42,947 nt of DNA from a virus. Taxonomy: Duplodnaviria; Caudoviricetes. Below are positions 36,121 to 42,947 of this stretch, piece after piece. The DNA lies in the IMG/VR virus record IMGVR_UViG_3300048878_000193, positions 1 through 42,947 of that record. One strand, written 5' to 3'. Made by a program: the position numbers and the translations under genes. The notes beneath the pieces were generated by a model, which worked only from the letters and a program-made list of their open reading frames with translations, had not been told where the DNA came from and did no database searches. Within the stretch, counting starts at the first letter, position 1; each line of letters begins with the position of its first letter.

Positions 36121-36606
36121 CTACGTTCCTGCTATGAAGTATTCAACGTCAACCGGCGCGGTATCAGCAATCGCTGAGATCGTCACGATGTCACCAACTG
36201 CCACGGCTGACGTAACGGTAGTAATGGCCGCTGCCTTCGCAATCATTATGTCGGCCACGCCACCGGAGTTATCACCAAAGAACACGAGAGAGTTGCCAGC
36301 ATCAACTTTCCAGGCGAACTCTGTTGCACTATCGTCTGTGATTACAAATACGACATGGTTGGTGGCATCACGGTTAGACAGACGGACATACTTCACGTCC
36401 GCTTCGTCAAATGTACCGGCACCAGGATTAGTTGCCTGGAACTTCGCAATCTCAATCTCGGTGATCGGGACTTCCATGACCCGTTTTGCGATCTCGGTAA
36501 CGCTGGCGATGGTCTGAACCATCGTGCCACCACGCGCTTCACCGTCGAGCGTGATCGTTTCAGTAATCGTAACTGTCAGCGTTGCCGGGGTGATTTCAGT
36601 AGCCAC
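36121..36606 (-). CDS. Hypothetical virion protein
   Basis: 161 aa beta-rich, GGAGG RBS. Confidence 0.7.
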   Translation of the reverse strand: MATEITPATLTVTITETITLDGEARGGTMVQTIASVTEIAKRVMEVPITEIEIAKFQATNPGAGTFDEADVKYVRLSNRDATNHVVFVITDDSATEFAWKVDAGNSLVFFGDNSGGVADIMIAKAAAITTVTSAVAVGDIVTISAIADTAPVDVEYFIAGT

Positions 36607-36609
36607 AGA

Positions 36610-36783
36610 TTACCTCCGGCGCTTCGGGCAAATGGGGTCGTGTCTCGTTCCGTTCTCGTTACGGTACGTCTGTCCGAGCTCTATGTCCATGCCGCAGTTC
36701 GAGCATGACATTATTCCACCGTGCGCGCCAGTTAGAACCTTTATATGTTCTCTGAACTCTTTGCTTTCAGGTGCTTCCGCCAT
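36610..36783 (-). CDS. 57-aa hypothetical protein (CxxC...H...C; below track cutoff)
   Basis: MAEAPESKEF...SCSNCG...RHDPICPKRRR; GGAG RBS; fills the gap in the operon. Confidence 0.6.
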   Translation of the reverse strand: MAEAPESKEFREHIKVLTGAHGGIMSCSNCGMDIELGQTYRNENGTRHDPICPKRRR

Positions 36784-36803
36784 AAGAATCTCCGGTCGCT
36801 AAG

Positions 36804-36830
36804 AGGGGCGAGGCGTTGAGCCTCGCCCCT
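36804..36830 (-). terminator. Hairpin after capsid/cement genes (weak terminator or mRNA stabiliser)
   Basis: AGGGGCGAGGC-N5-GCCTCGCCCCT 11-bp stem; only a short U tail. Confidence 0.6.
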
Positions 36831-36868
36831 TTAATCAGGTCGCTTTTTTTTACTTATTGAATAAGCGC

Positions 36869-37300
36869 CTACCAGCCAATGATTTCAGCGTGCGGCGTGA
36901 TGTTGAGCCAGACGTTTGCAACCGTGAAGTCGGAACCGGAAGCATCCGTAGCATCAATCTTCCCGCGCACGTACTGTGCCGTAGCTCCATTTGCCATTCG
37001 GTTTGACCCGAATCGGACAATGTAGGTTCCCGGCATCCCGGTTCCTTTCGTCAAGAGCGGGAATCGGGCCACTTCCTCGTATCCAGAGCCCGCAGAGGCG
37101 CTGTGTTCGATCGTGACTTGTAGCGTGTCCGATGATGCACCGAGATCGGCGCCCATGATTAGAACTGCGTACAGACCCGTTGCTGGCGTCTTTTTCAGGT
37201 TGATTACTGCCGACCCGCTCGAACGAGTCGTTGAGGTAGGTGTGATATCAGCCGTGATGGTGGTGCCATCATGGAGTACCAAATTGTTATCGTTGGGCAT
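36869..37300 (-). CDS. Probable capsid cement/decoration protein (Bbp16-like)
   Basis: 143 aa beta-sandwich pattern (SAVINL...TLQVTIEHS...YVR) downstream of MCP. Confidence 0.6.
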   Translation of the reverse strand: MPNDNNLVLHDGTTITADITPTSTTRSSGSAVINLKKTPATGLYAVLIMGADLGASSDTLQVTIEHSASAGSGYEEVARFPLLTKGTGMPGTYIVRFGSNRMANGATAQYVRGKIDATDASGSDFTVANVWLNITPHAEIIGW

Positions 37301-37302
37301 AT

Positions 37303-37485
37303 CTATTTTTCCTCGTAGCTACCGTCTTGGTGAAACAGCGGGTTTGCGAACCTAAAACCGGAGAATCCATACCTACGCCGAGCCGAAGATCCACAGGTCG
37401 GGCAAGTCGTTTCGTGAACCTGATTGATAGGCTCTCGCGTCTCAAACGTCCCGTGGATTCCGCACTCGTATTCGTAGGTATTCAT
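37303..37485 (-). CDS. FmdB-like zinc-ribbon protein
   Basis: YEYEC..HG.FE...CPTCG...RR. Confidence 0.75.
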   Translation of the reverse strand: MNTYEYECGIHGTFETREPINQVHETTCPTCGSSARRRYGFSGFRFANPLFHQDGSYEEK

Positions 37486-37488
37486 GGT

Positions 37489-38466
37489 TTAGGTACTTGC
37501 GTTCGGAATGACTGCGTAGAGACGAGCGATCGAGTACGGATCCGACTGCGCCAGTCCAAGCGGCCAATCAACTTCCGTCCTGAATACCGGGGAGCCCTCA
37601 AGCCGCCCAACGTCCTCGACTTCCATTTCGTACGCCTGGATGCCCCAGAAGAACTCACCGATCCCGTACTTGCAGAAATATATCGACGTGCTTTCGGCAG
37701 AGCCGGCATCCTCAAGTGTTTCGGTGTTCGGCAGGATCTCGGTGGTCTGGTCGGCCTTTACACCGATGTCCGAGAGCTTGGTTGAGCCGTACATATTGAC
37801 CACACGATCGAACTGGTCTTTGGTCGTGTCGAGCAGCCCTTCACGTCGGAGGACGGAACGCGTAGCTCGCAGCGTGGTGTTGTTCATATACGCCCACTCA
37901 GGGTTGTGGCCCTTGATGGCGTATTGCGCTTGCTCAAACTTGTCCAGGAAGTTGTTGCGTTCAGCGGAGTTGAGCAGAATACCGTCGCCAGAAGTTCCAC
38001 CGTTGTCGATGTATTGACCGGTGAATCCAGCAGCGTTCAAGTCGCCTACTCGTTGTTCCAGGCCCTTGAACTCGTCCGGGTCTGTCTCAGGATCTCCGTT
38101 GATGAATTTGTCGTTGAAGTTGTACGACATCGCCTTGACCATCATCTGTTGCTGAATGGCCCGAGCTTCGCCAATGGTGTTCTTGGTCTTGGCGATCACC
38201 TTATCAACGTCCGAGTACATGCCCATCAGGGAAACCGTCTCGACGTTCTGTTCGAGTGACCCATCGCCCGATGAGTACCCTTCGTTGACCTTACGGAAGC
38301 CCACACTGGGCAAATCCTGAATCCGAATGACTGTGGTAGAAAGTGTCCCGAGCGTTTCCCACGGGATGTCCTGTAAGACATCTGATTCCATGAGAAGTGT
38401 ATCCATTACGGACTTGCGGAGCGTATCTTTCTCGATCTTTGCAAGATCCGCCAGTGTGAAAGCCAC
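37489..38466 (-). CDS. Major capsid protein
   Basis: 325 aa, TLADLAK...LPSVGFRKVNEG...FINGD...EFKGL..R pattern; follows scaffold. Confidence 0.88.
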   Translation of the reverse strand: MAFTLADLAKIEKDTLRKSVMDTLLMESDVLQDIPWETLGTLSTTVIRIQDLPSVGFRKVNEGYSSGDGSLEQNVETVSLMGMYSDVDKVIAKTKNTIGEARAIQQQMMVKAMSYNFNDKFINGDPETDPDEFKGLEQRVGDLNAAGFTGQYIDNGGTSGDGILLNSAERNNFLDKFEQAQYAIKGHNPEWAYMNNTTLRATRSVLRREGLLDTTKDQFDRVVNMYGSTKLSDIGVKADQTTEILPNTETLEDAGSAESTSIYFCKYGIGEFFWGIQAYEMEVEDVGRLEGSPVFRTEVDWPLGLAQSDPYSIARLYAVIPNAST

Positions 38467-38472
38467 GGTTGA

Positions 38473-39204
38473 TTACCCCCGATTGGCTCTATTACGTCGA
38501 TTGGTTTCACCTTCGGAATACGCGAGGTTGGCTAATTCCAATCCGTGTAGTCCATCAGTGTTCGGTGGTGCCACCCTGCCGGTCACGCCACCATCAAATT
38601 TCTCTGTACCTTCCCGGTTTGATTCCGCGATCTCTTGAGCTTTTTGCTCCATCGTGGCTGAATCAGGAATTGAGGTGTCCATCAAAGGCCGGAGATCTGG
38701 CAGATTGTATTTATCTGCAAGTTCTGAAGCTGCCTGATATCTAGCACCAAGATCGATGGCCGGCATGACCTTATCGAGCGTGGCTTCAACAGTGGCATCT
38801 TCAGTGACCGATCTATCAGACTCTTCTCTACGTTTATTAGACGCATCAAGAGCTTCTTGAGCGGTCATATCGCCGGATTCGACGGCTTCAGCATCCTGCG
38901 CCTGGTGCGTCCGCTCTTGAGTTTCACGAGCTTCGGCAGCTTTAGTAAGTACCTCTGCCGCTCGCTCTTCACGGACTTTCCCGAGCGCGATATCGGATGC
39001 TTTGGCGGCTTCTCTTGCCTCTGTTAGCTGAGTTTGCAATCCAGCTAATGTCGGCTCAACCGCTCCCTCTGACTCAGGCTTCTGTTCCCCAGGAGATGAG
39101 TTTGCCAACCGATCAGATTCAGAACTGCCGTCCTGATTCTGAGAGTTTTGATTCTCATTCTCGACCGAAGAAGAGCTCTCTTGATTCAGAGTGTCTTGTT
39201 GCAT
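38473..39204 (-). CDS. Capsid scaffolding protein
   Basis: Acidic low-complexity N-terminus, coiled coil, directly before MCP. Confidence 0.7.
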   Translation of the reverse strand: MQQDTLNQESSSSVENENQNSQNQDGSSESDRLANSSPGEQKPESEGAVEPTLAGLQTQLTEAREAAKASDIALGKVREERAAEVLTKAAEARETQERTHQAQDAEAVESGDMTAQEALDASNKRREESDRSVTEDATVEATLDKVMPAIDLGARYQAASELADKYNLPDLRPLMDTSIPDSATMEQKAQEIAESNREGTEKFDGGVTGRVAPPNTDGLHGLELANLAYSEGETNRRNRANRG

Positions 39205-39219
39205 AATACCCGATTCTCC

Positions 39220-42200
39220 TTAGACCTGCACCGCGACGTTCGCAGCATTGGTCTGGATTTGTCTCAATGTTTGCTTGAGCCAAGTCTGATAGTTGGGCTG
39301 TCCGAACGGGAATTGTTCATGGATAGCCCGTAGTTTGGTTTCCTGTTCTGGCAATATTTCACCCCCCTCACGCCAGAAGCTATTAAGCGTACGCAAATCA
39401 GATCCACTCAGTTGCGCGCTGACCTGTTCCCATCGGTCCACATTGTTGACGTTCTGCGCCACGGGGATATCTCCTTCAGCGGGTAGTAATGACCCTCTTA
39501 GTTTGATTGGAGGAATTGACGGGGCTGGCCCTGTGTCGAATGAAGGTGGTGCCGGGATTGTGCTGGGGTCCCTGATCGTATCAAATCCAGTATCGCCCTC
39601 TTGGTCACTAGGATCTAAGTCGATTGATCCATCTACCCATCGATCAGTAAGAGCTTTTCTAAAACTCTCCATCCGAGTGCTGTCTGCTTCAAGCAAGTTA
39701 AGTAGCCCAGCGCCGATAATCAATTCTTTAGCTCTACTTATCCCGGCGGATGATTGCAAGGTGCTGACTCGACCGATTATAAACAAATGTGCATCCACGT
39801 CTGGATGCCCTTCTCTGTATTCAGTCCTAGCCTTTCCTGGCTCAACGGCTTCATAGCCCACTATCAGGGACAGGGATGCTTCCTTGATTGGTGCCAGCGC
39901 CTCCGTAAGCTCAACCGCCCGAATACTCTCGGCTGACCGGTCCTCAAACTCGCTGAAGTCGATGTCGAGATCTTCCTGTTGCTCGACAACCTCATCCACC
40001 ATCAAGGCTCTTTGAGCGATAGTCGTCATTAGCGCATTGAGCTCGTCCAACTTGTCCCGTTTTTCTTGTGGAGACAGTGATCGAGAATCCCAGATATCTC
40101 GCTGTGCCTTACGGATACCCGACATCTGGGCAGCGATCGTGCGATAGGCACGGGCCTGTTTAGAGAAAAAGTCGTTGCTGCTGTTGTCGTAGAAGAATAG
40201 GGCTTCAGGATGATCGGCCAGATACTTCTTGAACTTAGCCTCTTCGCCTTTTTGCAGGTACTCTTTGAGCGCTTTTTCAACACCTTCGGATTTCTGAAAC
40301 GCATTATAGAAATCATCAACAGACTTGCTTGATGATCCTGTCGGATCCCGGGCGATGAATGACTTGAGCACCGGATAATCAGCCGCCGTCCGAGAAGGAT
40401 CTGGTGCCGGATTCGTAATCCCTGTTCCCTCTAAGACCTCATCGAGAATCTGGACAGCGTAGTTTCCAAGACTGGCTGTGTAGCCGCTAATGATGTTGTC
40501 GATCTTTGCTGGGGAGAAGTCCAATGCTCCACCAAGTAGCTTTGCCGACTCTGACGTACTACCCGAGTATTGCATTTCGTCAGGGAAGTCCTCTCGACCT
40601 CGTGAAACGATTGGAGTGCCACGGAAGAAACTGTGATTAGCCTGTGTCTCAATCACTGGAAGCAGAGCTGTCGGTACATATCCAGGAGTTCCCATTTCGA
40701 GCGCACTCCCAAACACACCCTTTAGGATCTCAGGATCTTTGGTGTCCAAATATTCTAAGAACCGTTCCGGGACTGATCCAAATAAGATGCCAAGTGTGAA
40801 AGGTTTGGGGATACGAACGATCGGGCCATTTGGAGGAATAATGACCCAGAACAAATCTTTTTGCCATTGAGGGAGTTCCTGATATCGCGGATTATCGCGA
40901 TTGACGTAGTACAAAGCGATCGACGGAAGTGTGATCCCGGTGAATACCTTGAACGACGTTTTCACAGGATTAGTCTTGAACGACGTAATCATGCGGTCCC
41001 AGTCACGGATGTTTGCGTTAAAGAACGCAATCAAGCGATTCATAGTCCGAGCAGACGTTCCCATTTTTGCGAAGTCCAATGTCACCTCGCGTGATGAAAA
41101 TGCGGCGTCCATAGGTGAGGCGCCACGCCGAACACCACGTACAAACTCTCCCATGCGAGTACCTTTTTCGGTGAACTCACTAAGGATCTGAAGGTACTCA
41201 AGCGGACTTTTCTTGTAGTCCGTGAACTTGTGCTCGTCTACGACCTGCTGAAAGCTCTTCTGAAGGTACTCACGGTCCATCGAAACCAACGTCGATCGCT
41301 CACCGCCAGATAGTTTCCATAATGTGTACTCATCTGTCTTACCGAGTACCTGGGCTACCCCTCTGACCCAATCGACCCCCGGAAGAAATCCATATTTGGA
41401 ATACGTGTAAGCAGTTAGTTGGTCCCTGATCGGGTTACGGATCATAAAGTCCGGGCTGAGAGTTGCGCCGGCACGCAGGATACGAGCAGGAAGTCCTAAC
41501 CATTTAATCGCCATGCCTACGGATTCGGTATCCATAGACAGAAGTCCACGGTATAGATCAGGGTCTACCTCATAGAAAGTCTTTTTCCCCTTGTCCATAA
41601 CGGTGACAACATTTTCACTCGTGTACTGAGAGGGCCGGAATATATCAAAGATCTGCTCTGCTTCTCGTTCGGTTAATCCCTCAAGTGAAATTCCTAACTC
41701 TTTAGCTGTCGTTCGTGCTACGAGAGCGGTTTTCTGCGGAACCTTGCGGAAGAGTGGTTCCAACGCCGGATCACGAGCAACCATATTCGCCATGAGTCGG
41801 CCAACTTGATTCCGGTCGGCCGCCTCTACGATCAAGTAAGTGTTTTTGACAATGCTCTCTAGGGGATTGACAATTTCCCGCTCAGACCCCTTGATGCGCC
41901 GAATAGGTGATCGGACATCCGCCATTTTCTTGCCCATGAACCCACCTGCTTGGAGTTCTTCAAAGACGCGCAGGAACGGAACATAGTCTTTCGTTTTCTT
42001 TAACTTCGCAACGAGGTCGGGTGCCAGAAGCCCCATTTCCTCACCGTAATCAAGCAGCTCGTTCTGATACTTGTAAACAGCGGCAGCGGTCTTTCTGAAC
42101 TCTGGATATTTTGCTTCGAGTTCGCGTATTGCCTGTCTCGCATCTTCTGGCGGAATCCCAGTCAGGATCTTGCGACGGTTAAGATCGACAGCGCGTCTTG

Positions 42201-42947
42201 CTGTCACATATGTAGCAAAGTCACGCCACTCTTCTGGCTTACTTACCGGTTTTAAGATTTCTTCAAGACTTGGACCGCGGAGGTTTGGAACCGCACCTTT
42301 CGGACCTTGTTTCCAATACTTCGCTCCAAACGTGCCTTCCTCAATCATCACCCTCGCTTTGCCGCCAGTTCCGGGCAACATCCGAGCCCATAAATACGGG
42401 TTCTCTTCCATAGAAAGTTGCATACCGCCCTTTTTGGCAGCGCGTACAAACTCGTCGAGAGGGTGCAGCTCATCGACCATCTGACGAAGAAAACTGTGCC
42501 AGCCCGAACGTAACCGCTCTACAATATTCAACCCACCATCTTCGAGAGAAATCCGGTCGAATACTCGCCCTGTTGCTGAACCGCCCGGTGGCGGTGGCGC
42601 CGGGGGTGACGGACCATCTGGCGGTCGTACTGGCGGTCGTCCACCCGCATTTATCTCGGCTACATCAGCCTGATAGGTAATCTCAGCCAAATCTGTGTCG
42701 GGTGGTAGATCTCCACGGGCAGCGGCCTCTTCAGCCTCACGAAGTTTCCTGGTAGCTTCTCTCTGGACCCGGACTGCCTCATCGCCAGTAAAAACATCCG
42801 TCTGTTCTGTCGTGCCATCAATAGGGCGACGTGCTGCTTCTGCACCGGCCTCGTCCGCAGCACGCACAGGCGGCGTGGCGGGGGCGGCGGGGGGTACGGG
42901 GCGTACCGATGGAGTTTCTTGGGATGTGAGCGGGATAATCTCTTCAG
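39220..42947 (-). CDS. Giant polyvalent protein, C-terminal part with LPD38-like domain (~40350-40910)
   Basis: Frame is open to the window end; YQELPQWQKDLFW...RIPKPF.LG..FG..PER...N.SFF.G.PIV...TSE.AK...SPAKID matches remembered LPD38. Confidence 0.9.
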   Translation of the reverse strand, partial: EEIIPLTSQETPSVRPVPPAAPATPPVRAADEAGAEAARRPIDGTTEQTDVFTGDEAVRVQREATRKLREAEEAAARGDLPPDTDLAEITYQADVAEINAGGRPPVRPPDGPSPPAPPPPGGSATGRVFDRISLEDGGLNIVERLRSGWHSFLRQMVDELHPLDEFVRAAKKGGMQLSMEENPYLWARMLPGTGGKARVMIEEGTFGAKYWKQGPKGAVPNLRGPSLEEILKPVSKPEEWRDFATYVTARRAVDLNRRKILTGIPPEDARQAIRELEAKYPEFRKTAAAVYKYQNELLDYGEEMGLLAPDLVAKLKKTKDYVPFLRVFEELQAGGFMGKKMADVRSPIRRIKGSEREIVNPLESIVKNTYLIVEAADRNQVGRLMANMVARDPALEPLFRKVPQKTALVARTTAKELGISLEGLTEREAEQIFDIFRPSQYTSENVVTVMDKGKKTFYEVDPDLYRGLLSMDTESVGMAIKWLGLPARILRAGATLSPDFMIRNPIRDQLTAYTYSKYGFLPGVDWVRGVAQVLGKTDEYTLWKLSGGERSTLVSMDREYLQKSFQQVVDEHKFTDYKKSPLEYLQILSEFTEKGTRMGEFVRGVRRGASPMDAAFSSREVTLDFAKMGTSARTMNRLIAFFNANIRDWDRMITSFKTNPVKTSFKVFTGITLPSIALYYVNRDNPRYQELPQWQKDLFWVIIPPNGPIVRIPKPFTLGILFGSVPERFLEYLDTKDPEILKGVFGSALEMGTPGYVPTALLPVIETQANHSFFRGTPIVSRGREDFPDEMQYSGSTSESAKLLGGALDFSPAKIDNIISGYTASLGNYAVQILDEVLEGTGITNPAPDPSRTAADYPVLKSFIARDPTGSSSKSVDDFYNAFQKSEGVEKALKEYLQKGEEAKFKKYLADHPEALFFYDNSSNDFFSKQARAYRTIAAQMSGIRKAQRDIWDSRSLSPQEKRDKLDELNALMTTIAQRALMVDEVVEQQEDLDIDFSEFEDRSAESIRAVELTEALAPIKEASLSLIVGYEAVEPGKARTEYREGHPDVDAHLFIIGRVSTLQSSAGISRAKELIIGAGLLNLLEADSTRMESFRKALTDRWVDGSIDLDPSDQEGDTGFDTIRDPSTIPAPPSFDTGPAPSIPPIKLRGSLLPAEGDIPVAQNVNNVDRWEQVSAQLSGSDLRTLNSFWREGGEILPEQETKLRAIHEQFPFGQPNYQTWLKQTLRQIQTNAANVAVQV

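Noticed and set aside
42739-42947. Biological direct terminal repeat
   Set aside because: Two separate matches of exactly 99 bp inside a coding region fit assembler k-mer overlaps better than virion termini
1-42947. Integrase, reverse transcriptase/DGR, tRNAs, DNA or RNA polymerase, endolysin
   Set aside because: No recognisable motifs by eye; divergent versions among the hypotheticals cannot be excluded without HMM searches

Overview
The window is an apparently complete, circularly permuted ~42.6-42.7 kb tailed-phage genome with a podovirus-like layout (no tape measure or major tail tube). It has two arms. The minus-strand late arm runs terS, terL, portal, two virion ORFs, a giant polyvalent protein, scaffold, major capsid, cement, adaptor, nozzle, S74-chaperone tail fibre, Gly-rich protein, small membrane ORFs and tatC. 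The giant protein (~2,680 aa) crosses the contig junction and its N-terminal 1,510 codons are absent from the ORF track. It carries HExxH zincin, ADP-ribosyltransferase-like and LPD38-like domains. The plus-strand early/middle arm carries ArdA, many small Zn-finger ORFs, a C5 methyltransferase, a CHC2 Zn finger, an AAA helicase, an SSAP, SbcC/SbcD and RuvC. I recognised no polymerase, integrase, endolysin, tRNA or CRISPR array. Highlights: (1) a phage-encoded, remodelled TatC with small TatA/B-like membrane ORFs in the usual lysis-cassette position; (2) a repeated, covarying two-hairpin element plus an AACCTA motif between early genes; (3) the two contig ends are two alleles of the giant protein that differ by an in-frame cassette bounded by repeated PPVRAADE linkers. 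Family calls are from remembered motifs, not database searches.
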